Shown one piece after another: positions 47,791-59,880 of a stretch of 64,000 nt of DNA (its first letter is position 1; each line of letters begins with the position of its first letter). The stretch covers positions 63,118,001 to 63,182,000 of the forward strand of contig CM052817.1 of assembly GCA_028534125.1 (NCBI GenBank), in the 5' to 3' direction. The notes below the pieces were generated by a model that saw nothing but the letters and a program-made list of their open reading frames with translations, did not search any database and was not told the DNA's origin. Position numbers and translations under genes: made by a program. Source of the DNA: Lama glama. Taxonomy: Eukaryota.

Positions 47791-50086
47791 GCACCATTTA
47801 GAACAGTAATTAAGAAAATTAGTAGGAATCTATGACAACTCCTTTGGAGCTAAGCCATTAATTTTTAAATAAGGAAAGGAGAAACATAAAGGAGTAACGT
47901 CCTCACGATCTTTTATAACCTCTCTTTTGGGAGAAAGGAATCATGCAAGAGTTACTCTCTCACAGAGAAAAACAGAAAGAGGCATCTGACCCCCAGCCTG
48001 CTTCTATTATGCTAGCATCTGCAATCATTAGGTTCAAGTGGCATTTTAAAAAATTATTTTCTGCAAAAGAGTCCCAAGGAAATAATAATTATCATTTAAT
48101 GGGATTCACAGTGGCACAATAATATCATTGCTCTTCCCCACCTGAGTTCTGAATCAGCTGAGGAAGGCAGATGGGCACCAAAATATCATCTCTATTACTC
48201 AAAATGGAGAATGTGGCTCTAATTGGAGGGTCAGTGGGCTGTCTTATAATGAACACAACAGTAAAACTGTCTTATCCACCATGACAAAGGCAAAAGAGGT
48301 TCACTGCACACTTCAGTACTATAACAAAGCCCTTGAAAATTTATAGCATGGTGGATCTGCACAGGATACATGCTCCCCAAGACAGAGACAATGAGAGAGA
48401 GACAAAGGGTCAGCCTCTCATATCTAGCACCTACTTCCAAATTCACGTATCAGGTAAGTCCCACCTCTTCACTGGGGGGACAAAAGGATGATGAGGCAGA
48501 GAAAGTCCCAAAATATTATGCTAAAGGGGCTCCCTCTACAAGGAAGAAAACCTCAGGAGTCAAGAAAGCTCATCCTTTCCAACCCTATTCCACCTTCCTT
48601 CAAAATTACTGATGTAGTAAGATAAAAGAGAGAGATAGGAGTTGTACAATGAAGTATGCACACCCCAGCAAATAACTTGGGATCAAGGGAAAGGATATTT
48701 CCCTTCAGTTCACCTCTAAAAATACCAGACTTAGTACTAGGTGCTCAGAGAAGTCAAGCAACTTAAGTAAGGTCACACAGCCAGCAGTGGCATATGACTA
48801 GACTGTGTGCTCTTTGAATGCAGTAATTATACCTTAATAACTATTTAATAACTATAGCTTAATAACAGCCTGGAACATTATAAATATTTGTGGAAGTAAG
48901 AAAGGAAAGAAGCAAAGAAGAAAAAAGGAAATAACTGAAAGAAATAAATTTAAACCCAAGTCTGAATAGGCCCTCTCACCACTTTACATTGTCTGGGTAT
49001 GGGTGTTATAACTGGGCTTTGTGACTCCTGGAATCTTATTACACTGTTAGGAAGGAGGTACCCTTGAATGATCACAGTCTCCTTCTTAGGAACAGTAAGT
49101 CTCTTTAAGGGAAATACACTCAGTGTACTAACCAGCTCAGATATTGTTCTAGCTACATGCTGAGATGATATATAATCTCATGGGTCCTCAGACCAGACAA
49201 GAAAAACAAAATTAACTGCATCTAATACATAATGTGCTTATAATCATACTTAAGATCAGCATGTAATGCCATAAATAACAGTGTAATAAGCTTGCATTAG
49301 CATATTTTAGGCATCCTCACTCAACACTATATTCAAGTCTGGGGTGGTTATTTTTTGCTGTTAAAGACTGTTCTTATAACACTGGCAAACAACAATATAT
49401 GGGATTAATCCCATGAACTCATTTATTCAAGAGATTATTCTCTATCATGTCCATGGATGAATAAGCAAACAATAAATATCACTGAAAAATTATAGGTAAT
49501 CCACTGGTCAAAAAATTCAATTAAGAAGAGAAGTGATTCATAGAGCTCAAGTTTTTCTGCTCTTCGTATTTTCTGGGATCTAGGGACACTACTTAAAAAG
49601 AAAAATTAAGCCAAAAAACTAGTGAGAAATTTCAAAGTGCTTTATATTAGAGGGACAGATACCAATACACCTTTTAAACCAACATATTTGGTAAATGTGA
49701 ATCTCTCCTTTTTTGAACATTCTCACATAAATGTGCTTCTGGACCTGCATTTTAGAATCAGCTCTATTGATGATTAGCAGGATCACCTCAGACATACGAT
49801 GGCTCTCCTCTGGGTCTGTTACAGTATTTTATTCATAAGGATGACAGTGACTGACTGCATGAAGACACAGGCCTAGATCAAGTAACCTCTTTATATATTT
49901 TATAGCCTTAAATATCATGATCTGTGATTATGTGTGAAAAGTTGCAATTTCAGACAACTGAGGTCCAAGGCAGTTAAGTGGTAAAATTGCTTTTCTCATT
50001 CATCTGCCCTCCTGCACCCATGGCAGCATCAGGAGAGGTGCTATCTTCCTCTGACTTACAGCCTCAGCTGTGTCAGCCTCCACTGA

Positions 50087-50351
50087 GGTAACATGAAGGC
50101 TTATGCCATAATCCAACAGAACTGTAGATTTATAAGAGGAAGAGAGAGGTTCTCTCTCTCACTCACCTCTCTGTCATGTGAAAATACCCTGAGAAGACAG
50201 AAGCCAAGAAGAGAGTTCTCATTAGAAACCAAGCCCTGCTGGAAACTTGATTTTGGATTTCCCAGCCTACAGAACTGTGAAAAAAAAATTCCAGTTTTTA
50301 AGCCACACACTCTATGATATATTGTTATGGCAGCCTGAGCCAACTAATACA
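50087..50351 (+). mobile_element. MLT1A/B-like MaLR LTR (3' part)
   Basis: ttataagaggaagagagag...cttgattttggatttcccagcctacagaactgtga...tttaagccac...ttgttatggcagcctgagccaactaataca. Confidence 0.85.
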
Positions 50352-50499
50352 ACATTTAATTTATGAAATGGATCCAATGGAAACCTAATACAATTAACCA
50401 AAACAATTCAGTATGTGTAACTCTCTCTAACAGGAATAAAGAAATCTCGAATCAATAAAACAGTGTATTTTGTTGAAGCACAAATTTTAAAAAATCTAA

Positions 50500-51297
50500 A
50501 AGCAAAAAACAAATCTAGACTCTCACCCTAAACCTTTCACAAAAATTAACTCAAAATGGATTAGAGATCTAAAAGTAAAATGAAAAACTATAAAACTTCT
50601 AGGAGACAATATTGGCAAAAATCTAGGTGATCTTTGGTTTGGTAATGACTTCTCAGAAAGCAACAACAAAAGCATTATCCATGAAAACAGTATCAACAAG
50701 GTGGATTCCATTACCTAAAATAAACTTCTGCTCTTCAAAATACACTATTAAAGAATCAAATAACAACAACAAAAAAAACCCAACCTTAAAAATCAACAAT
50801 AAGGAAACAGACAACCCAAATAAAGTGTGGGTAAAAGATCTGAACAGATAACTCACTAAAGAAGACAGATGACAAATAAGCATATGAAAAGATGGTTAAC
50901 ATTATATATCACTAGAGAATTTCAAATTAAAATAAGTTATCACTAAATACCTATTAGAATGGCTAAAACTAAAAAAAAATAAAAACATCAAATGCTGGTG
51001 AGAATGTGGAGCAACAGAATCTCTTATTCATTGCTATTGGGCATGCAAAACTTGCATAGCAACTCTGAAGACAGTTTGGAAATTTCTTACAAAGCTAAAC
51101 ACAATCTTACTAAATGACCCAACAAGCACATTCCTTGCAATTTACCCAAATGAGTTGAAAACTCACACAAAAACCTGCACACAAATATTTACAACAACTT
51201 TATTAAGAATTACCAAAACTTGGAAGCAACAAAGATACCTTTAAATAGGTAAATGGATAAATAAGCTGTGGTACAGCGATACAATGGAATATTAATA
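50500..51297 (+). mobile_element. L1MC-like ORF2 3' fragment
   Basis: cctttcacaaaaattaactcaaaatggattagagatctaaa...aaatgctggtgagaatgtggagcaacag...aatggataaataagctgtggtac. Confidence 0.9.
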
Positions 51298-51300
<3 letters not shown>

Positions 51301-51333
<33 letters not shown>

Positions 51334-51412
51334 GTTCCTTGCTCTCGGTAGATGGAAATAAATCCTTAGTTCTTTCAATAAAATCCTGTGTGTGTGTGTG
51401 TATATATATATA
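51301..51412. repeat. (TG)15 and (TG)7(TA)6 microsatellites
   Basis: Directly visible, at the junction of two oppositely oriented LINE fragments. Confidence 0.9.
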
Positions 51413-51424
51413 TCACTCAGGAAC

Positions 51425-51950
51425 GATCACTCCATTGTCTTCTGGTATCTGCTGTTGGAAATTAAATAACTTCTTTCTGTCTAACTCTTGATTCCTGAAT
51501 GTAATCCGTTTATTTTCTCTGGTGACTTTATTATTTTTTTCCCTAGGTTCTGTAGTTTCACTGAAACATGCAGAAATGTGGATTTGTTTTTGTTCATCTG
51601 GATCAGGGCTTTACATGCTTCTCCAATCCAGAAAACTGTGTGTCATTGCCTCTTGAAATACTGATGCACTGCTACTCTCCCTACTACTTTTCAAATGTTC
51701 TATGAGAACTATTCGGAAACTTCTCATTCTCTGTGATGTACTTCAACTGCGCTTTCATATTTTCCATCTCTTTTCCTTTTCATGCTATATTTCTCAGGTA
51801 TTTCTTCCAATTCACTTATTGTTGCTCTCCTGGCATCTGCTCTGCTTGATTCATCCACTGTTAGATATTTATTTTTAGAAATTCAATTCTTTTTCACAGT
51901 ATATGCTTCATTTTTTAATAAATTTTTCTGTTCAATTTCTGTATTTCCTT
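51425..51950 (-). mobile_element. Ancient L1/HAL1 ORF1-region fragment
   Basis: ctccattgtcttctgg...gttctgtagtttcactg...gtggatttgtttttgttcatctg...ttcttccaattcact is typical antisense old L1 ORF1 sequence. Confidence 0.55.
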
Positions 51951-51999
51951 AAACACTAAGCAATAAAGCAGTAAAAATATGGGACAAGAGTTTGTCATA

Positions 52000-52330
52000 T
52001 TTAAGAAGAAAAGAGGACATTGTGAGAGGGAGAGAATGGCAAAAAAATGAGGTCCTAAAAGGTAGGCAATAAAGAGCCAGGTCATGCTGGGTCATCTAGG
52101 CCATTTTAAGGAGTTTGCATGTCATTCCAAGTGTGAAAACAGTGCCTTAAGCTGGGACAGAATATGATTTTATTTGTTTAGAAGCATGTCTTCTAAGAAA
52201 ACAGGAGGGAGAAGAAGGGAAAAGTGACAGATGGCTACTTCAGAGGTTTAGAAAATAAATGATAGTGTTCTGGATTTGATCACTACAATGAAAATGTAGA
52301 GAAGTGAGAAATGATCCTCAGTGTATGCTG
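52000..52330 (-). mobile_element. L2 fragment
   Basis: gagccaggtcatgctgggtcatctaggccattttaaggagtttgcatgtcattccaagtg...aatgtagagaagtg. Confidence 0.65.
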
Positions 52331-53865
52331 GCCAATGTCTGCAGCTTTATGCACATTATTATTTTTAACAATGCAACAATTGTTACGTTATTATTTGTCC
52401 AACTTTGCAGATGTGCAAACAGAGGCTTAGTATGCCAGATAACTTGCTAAATGAATAAAGCTGCCTCATAATGTAAACAGTTTTTGACTCTTAGTCCAGT
52501 CATCCTGCCTAAGTGAGAGAAACAATGAACAGACAGACAAGGTATATTCAGATTGTGACATGTGCTGTGAAGAAAACACAGCAGGATAATCAACAGAGAC
52601 CAGTGGTTGGGGTGGTTGTCATTCAGCAAACTGAATTTGAGAACAGGTTGACAAGAAGGCATGAATAAATCTGGTGTGAGAAGGTTTGAAATTAAAAATT
52701 AAAATTTTATATAACACTCAGCATAATACTGTTAATATTATAAGCACCTAGCTGACTAAGAGTAACTTTTGCTATGCTTACTTCTCTCCACATCTGTAGT
52801 GAGAAACACCCTAGTCTCTTCTATCAATTTCATGCCTTTCATGTGTCTAAAATGACAAATTCCTCAAAAAGAAAAGGGCCTCTTTACTTGGCTTTGGGAG
52901 CCATATGAGGGGGTTGGAGTGCCTATCTTGTGAGAGGAGTAAGGTGGCTAATACAGGAAACCCAGACTCCAATGTATAGCTATGTATGGTGGAGAACTTC
53001 TGGACAGGCAATATGTGAAAGCTGCTGAGGATAAATGACAGGTGTCTGCCTACAGAAAGAGAAACAGACAAGGTCTAAGACTGAGGCCTTAGCTTCTAAC
53101 AATATTTCTTAATGAATGAACGGCCCTTGAGGAATTCACTTCGGTCATCCTAAAAGTGTATCAGTATCTTAAAACTTATCCACCTGTGTCTTTATGTTGA
53201 CTGGACAAATCAACATGCTTCTAAGGAAAATAATTAGTATGTTTAAATTACATAAATTTAAGCTTTTTCTTGGCAGTCTTTGCTTGGGGAACTAAATAGC
53301 CTCAGGAAGAGACAGAGTTAGTAATGAAAAGTGTGGCCTGATGTAAATCTCAATTATTTCAAATTTCAGAAAAGATACATAATTATGGAAGTCATATATG
53401 AACATAAAGACAGAAGCACAGGTACATACTCAAACACACACGTACTCACATTCAGGATGTTTCCACCTGCCAGTCATCTATTGACTGATATCAGTGAAAA
53501 TGTGCATTTCCTGGCCTAGTCTTCCAGAAATCCTAAAGAAACTGAAAAGCCACTACTTGACCTGATAGATGACAGAACTCAGAAACAGAGTTCATGTACT
53601 TGACTGCTGGGGCTGCAATCATTTTTATTTAATGATAAAGCACAAGTCTGTATCTGAGAATATCTTATTCAATGTTCATCTGCAATAAAACCAAAGACAA
53701 TGTTCTCTATCATCAATAGCTCTGCAGAAAGAAAACTGTCTGGATAAGGAGAATGTAGGCACTGCCGTGAACTAAAGCCCTGGCACTCTGCCCAGAACTC
53801 TATGTGCATTTAAAAAACTGCACTTTTTCTTTCCCACATGCGAGATGAGGATTAGTAAGGGATCC

Positions 53866-54070
53866 AGCCATGCAGTTTCAAAGCTCACATTCTGGAGTCA
53901 GAATGCCTGTCTCACATCCCATGTGTACTTCTTGTTAGTCACATGTGCTTGGGCAAGAGATAGAATCACACAAAGTCTCCCCTTCCTTCTCAGCAAATGG
54001 CTTGAATAATTGAAACTCTCTCCACAAACGAGAGATGCTGCAAGGATTAAATGAGGATAACTTGCATGCT
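53866..54070 (+). mobile_element. MIR SINE
   Basis: ttctggagtcagaatgcctg...cttgggcaag...gcaaggattaaatgaggataa. Confidence 0.65.
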
Positions 54071-55074
54071 CTATAATTGTGTGGGATCAATAGTAACAAT
54101 TTTTAAAGCACTTTCTTAGTATAAGACATAGAATAAGTAATTAAATTATCATTCCGTTATAAGAGACTTACTGCAAATAGATATGAGTACCAGACTCTTG
54201 ACTAAAATTATTTATTGAGTCACACCCAATATATATGATTATTTTAATAGCATTTGATTTTCTTTCAATCCAGGACCTCATAAACTGTCAGTTATAACTG
54301 ACGCCACATTGTGGAAGAAACTACACATTGTTTACTAGACAATCATTAACTCAAACATAAATATATATTTAACAAGCTATAAATAGTATTTAACTTGGCA
54401 TTAATACTGATTTTCTATTCCCCCTTCTTGAGTTAGCACAACATTTTAGCAAGAAGTCTCTGAGTATACCTCTCTTCTGGTTTCATTTATATTCTCATCT
54501 TTCACTGTTGAATCCTATGTTGTCCAGAAAAACTCCCCTGTGCATTCAATGCATTGTTAGAAATTTTAATACCAATTTCTGAGATGGGATTCCTTAGTCC
54601 CTCCTTCTTCAATAACCGCTCTGCAGTACTGGAATTTAAAAAGATTTTTCTATCCTTCAGCATTTTCTCTTTAAAATGCTGGCTACAGATGCTTATCCTT
54701 TATTACACAGGATACAACCCAGGAAATGACTAGTTGCTTTATTTGCAAGGTACTGCAGTTTTATACAATCAGAATTCAAGATTCTATAATCTTGACCCCT
54801 GTGTCATCATGAGAATAGAAGGGATTTTTATTAACAGTTGCTTTCAGCCAAGAGCAAAACTTCTTTTCAGGGTGAGAAAAATGTCTAGGTAGTTAATGTG
54901 CTACTTGTAAAGAAAAATTATCCTTACTCATTAGATGCAAGGAATTCATTGGTTTACATAATCCTTACAGTGTAACACTTAATGTGCACCACCATTTTTC
55001 CTAAGAGTCACCAACAGTTTAAACTTTAAATTGTTTATTACTCACTTTCAGTTTTTGTTTAGGTTATACTTTCA

Positions 55075-55250
55075 CATATATCCTAAACATTGGATCTTCA
55101 TAAACACATGTGCTGGGTGGGCAAGCATCTTCCTACAGGGACATTAAGGCTTGAGAGATGCCCTGAAGATGATGATGAAGTTATCAGGTGGAGCTGAGAT
55201 GAGGCTTGAACTGTGATCTATATCCAGAACACGTTTCACATGCCACAGTG
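55075..55250 (-). mobile_element. MIR fragment
   Basis: atcttcataaacac...taaggcttgagag...ggtggagctgagatgaggcttgaac. Confidence 0.4.
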
Positions 55251-55339
55251 CCTTCATGAGGTATATGTCAGCATATCCCACGGAAAAATGTGACTTGTGT
55301 TCACATCAAAATCAGCTCTCCAACCAAAGCCACTGAGTA

Positions 55340-58300
55340 CCTGCAAACTATACAAGAATGCTCCTATGTAAGGACACCACTTCAACACAAACATAAATAA
55401 CTATTTGACCTTTAATAGAGACAAAGAAAGATATGCAAAATGAGAAGACAGGAATTTGGCTCAATTGAAACAGCAACCAAAAAAACCCTGAAAAAAACAA
55501 CTAATGAAACAGAAATAAACAACTGGCTAAAGAATACAAAGCATTGGTAAAAAGAATGCTAAGGAATTGCGGAAAAGAATAGATGAACACCATGAGAATT
55601 TTTACAAGGAATTAGAAAATATTTTAAAAAGCTATAACTGAAGAATACAATAACTAAAATTAAAAACACATTAGAAGGAATGAACAGCAAGCTAGGTGAT
55701 ACAGAAGAATGCATAAGTGATCTGGAAGACAGAATAATGGAAATCACTCAATCAGAACAGTAAAAATAAAAACAAGTTTAAAACAAATGAAAACAGTTTC
55801 AGGTATCTTTGGGATAACATCAGGTGCACCAAAATTTGCATTATAGAGGTCTCAGACGACAGAGAAAGAGAAGAGGGTTGAAAATGTATTTAATAAAATT
55901 ATGACTGAAACATTCGCAGCCTGAAGAAAGAAACAGACATTCAGAAATAGAAAGCAAAGAGGGTCCCAAATAAGATGAACCCAAATAGAGTCACCAAGAC
56001 ATATCATAATTCAAATGACAAAAGTTACATATAAAGAGAGAATTATAAAGGCAACACAGGGAAAACAAAGAGTGACAAACAATGGACCCTCCGTAAGGCG
56101 ATTAGCTGGTTTTTATGCAGAAGCTTTGTAGGCCAGAAGGGAGCGGTATGATACAGTTAAAGTGCTGAAAGGGAAAAACCTACAAGGATACTCTACCTAG
56201 CAAGATTATCATTTACAATTGAAGGAGAGATAAAGAACTTCTCAAATAAACAAAAACTAAAAGATTTCATCAATACTAAACCTACACAAAAGGAAACGTT
56301 CAAGAGTATTCTCTAAGTGAAAAACAAAAGGCCATAAGAAGAAGCAAGTACCTACAGGAAAGGAAAAATTCCACTAGTAAAGTCAAGTATATAGTAAAGG
56401 TTGAAGATCAACCACTTACATAAGCTGGTATGAAGATTAAAAGACAAAAAAAATGTAAAATTAAGTATAACTATAATAATCAGTAAAAGGATAAAGATGA
56501 AGATGTAAAATATGACTTCAAAAAAACAAAGTGTGGGGGAAGGAAATAAAAACGTAAATCTTTTAGGATGTGTTTGAACTTGAAGTACTACTTGTATAAA
56601 ACAGATATGGTCATAGGTCAGCATATACGAACCCCATGGTAATGACAAAATAAGAGAGAAGGACACAAGCATACTACTGAAAAAAAATCATCAAAATACA
56701 AGGGAAGAAACCAAAAGAAGTAAAGAACAGGGAAGAACTACAAAAACAACCAGAAAACAAGTAATAAAATGGCAATAACTATATACCTGTAATGACTTTA
56801 AATGTTAATGGACTAAATGCTCCAATCAAAAAACATAGGATGAGTAATTAGATAAAAAAAAATAAATAAAAAAAATGAGACCCATCTATATGCTGTTTAC
56901 AAGAGGCCAAATTCCAAGCTAAAGACACACAAAGACTGAAAGTAAAAGGATGGAAAAACACATTTTATACAAATGAAAACAAGAAAGTGGGGGTATCAAT
57001 TTGCTCATATCAGACAAAACATACTTTAGAACAAAGTCTATAATAGTAGACAAAGAAGGGCATTATATAATGATAAAAGGATCAATATGAGAAGAGACTA
57101 TTCTGCTCATTAACATATATGTACCCAATGCTGGAGCACCTAAGTACATAAAGCAAATATTATTAGACATAAAGGGAGAAATAATACAATAATACAATAA
57201 TGGTAGGAGACTTTAACACCCACTGACATCAACAGACAGATTATCCAGACAGAAAATCAATAAGGCAATAGGGGTCCTAAATGACACAATAGATCAATTG
57301 GACTTAATAGATTATACAGGAAATTCCATCCAAAAAGAGCAGAATATACCCTCTTTTCTCCAGCATAGATAACATGCTAGGCCACAAAAAACACACAGAA
57401 CATTCTCCAGCATAGATAACATGCTGGGCCACAAAAAAAGGCTCAACAAATTTAAGAAGATATAAATTATACCAAGCATTTTTTCCAACCACAACAATAC
57501 GAAACTAGAAATCAATTACAGAAAGAAAAATGGGAAAAGCACAAAAACATGGAGACTAAAAAACATGCTACTAAAAAAACCAATGGTTCAGTGAAAATAT
57601 CAGAGAGGAAATCAGAAAATTCCTGGAGACAAATGAAAATGGAAACACAACTTTCCAAAATCTATGGAGCACAGCAAGAGTAGTCCTAAGAGGGAAGTTT
57701 ATAGAAATACAGGTCTACCTTAAGAAACAAGAAAAATCTGAAATAATCTAAACTTCTACCTAAAGGAATTAGAAAAATAAGAAGAAACAAATCCCAAATT
57801 AAGCAGAAGGAAGGAAATAATAAAGATCAGAGAGGAAATATAAAATAGAGACACCCCCCCCCGACACACACACACAGAAAAGAAAAGATCACTGTAACCA
57901 AGAGCTGATTCTGTGGAAAGTTAAGCAAAACTGTTAAATCTTTAGCCAGGCTTATCAGGAAGAAAAGAGAGAGAATCCCAATAAACAAAATAAGAATTTA
58001 AAGAGAAGAAATAACAACACAGATGCAAAAAATCATATGAGAATGCTAGTAACAGCTTATATGTCAACAAATTGGACAACCATGAAGAAATACACACATT
58101 TCTAGAAAAACACAACCTCCCAAGACTGAACCAGGAAGAAAATAGAGAATCTGAACAGATGTAACATTCATAGTAAATTTGAATTTGTAATTTAAAAAAA
58201 AAAAAACAAAAACCTCCCAGCAAACAAAAGTCCAGGACTGGACCAATTCATAGGAGAATTCTACAAAACATATGAAATAGGATTACTACCTATCCTTCTC

Positions 58301-59778
58301 AAACTATTTCAAAAAATCAAAGAGGATGGAGCACTCCCAAATTCATTCTATGAGGCCACCATTACTCTGATACTAAAATCAGACAAAGACACTACAAAAA
58401 GGAAAATTACAAAACAATATCTCTAATGAATATAGATGCAAAAATCCTAACAAAATATTAGTAAATCGAATCCAACAATATATAAAATCTATCATACACC
58501 ATGATCAAGTGGGTTATATTCTGGAGATGCAAAGATAGTTCAAAATTTACAAAACAATCAATGTGATACACTACATTAACAAAAGAAAGGCTAAAATTAC
58601 ATAATCATCTCAATAGACACAGAAAAGGCATCTGACAAAATTCAACATCCATTCATGATAAAAATGCTCATCAATGTGGGTATAAACAAAACATATTTCA
58701 ACATAATAAAAGCCATTTATGACAAACCCACAGTTAACATCACGCCCAATGGTGAAAAACTAAAAGCTCTTCCTCTAAATTAGGAACAAGACAAGGATGC
58801 CCACTCTCGCCACTTCAATTTGAAGTCCCATCCACAACAATCAGACAATAAAAAGAAATAAAAGGCATTCAGATTGGAAGGAAAGAAGTAAAACTGACAC
58901 AATTTGCAGATAACATGATACTATATATAGAAAACCCTAAATTTATCTCCACCAAAAAAAAAAAAACACCTATTAGAACTAATAAATAAATTCAGTAAAG
59001 TCTCAGGATACAAGATTAATATACAGAAATCTGTTGTTTTTCTATACACTAATAATAAAGTATTAGAAAGAGAAATTAAGGAAACAAACCTATTTACTAT
59101 CACATCAAAAAGAATACAATACCTAGGAATAACTTAACCAAGGAGGTAAAAGTCTATAAAAGACTGATGTAGGAATTTGAGAATGATACAAAGAAATGGA
59201 AAGATATCCTATGTTTTGGAATGGAAGAATTAATATTATTAATATGTCCATACTACTCATAGTAATCTACAGATTTACTACAATCTCTATCAAAACACCC
59301 ATGACATTTTTCTCAGAACTAGAACAAATAATCCTAAAATTTATATGAAATCACAAATGAGCCTGAATTGCCAAAGTAATCTTGAGGGGAAAAAAAAAAG
59401 TTGACCTTAGACTATACTACAAAGTTACTATAATCAAAAACAGTATGGTGCTTGTACAAAAACAGACACATCAATCAATGGAACAGAATAGAAAGCTCAA
59501 AAATAAACCCACACATTTATGGTCAGCTAATCTGCAACAAAGCAGCGAAGAATATACAATGGAGAAAACTTGGTCTCATCAATAAGTGGTGCTATGAAAA
59601 CATGGTCAGCTACAGTTAAAAGAATGAGATTAGAACATTTTCTTTCCCCATATTCACAAATAAATAAAATAAAAAGACCTAAATGTAAGAGCTGAAACCA
59701 TAAAACTCCTAAAGGAGAACATAGGCAGAATACTCTAAGGCATAAATCATAGCAATGTATTTTTTTGATTTGTATCCT
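55340..59778 (+). mobile_element. Degraded L1 (ORF1 + ORF2 EN and RT; 3' end missing)
   Basis: ORF1-like start atgagaagacagg at ~55440. ORF2 motifs NVNGL (~56800), GDFNT (~57206), S(D>N)HN (57484), GTRQGCPLSP (58783-58812) and FAD(D>N)M (58903-58917). Many stops and frameshifts; stops abruptly at ~59778. Confidence 0.95.
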
Positions 59779-59788
59779 GCTTCTTGAG

Positions 59789-59880
59789 CCTGCTTCTTGT
59801 TTGGTGTTTGACCTCAGCAAGCCATTTACCTTCCTGGACTTTAAGCCACTTCATCTGTAAAATGAAGAGTTTGACTCCTA
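59789..59880 (+). mobile_element. MIR fragment
   Basis: tttgacctcagcaagccatttaccttcctggacttt...cttcatctgtaaaatgaagagtttgact. Confidence 0.65.

Noticed and set aside
48370..48612. Peptide APSTRKKTSGVKKAHPFQP faintly resembling the histone H3 tail, plus a CAG|gtaagt donor at 48453
   Set aside because: Similarity is limited to ~12 residues with a gap and no histone fold follows. I found no convincing acceptor for the donor.
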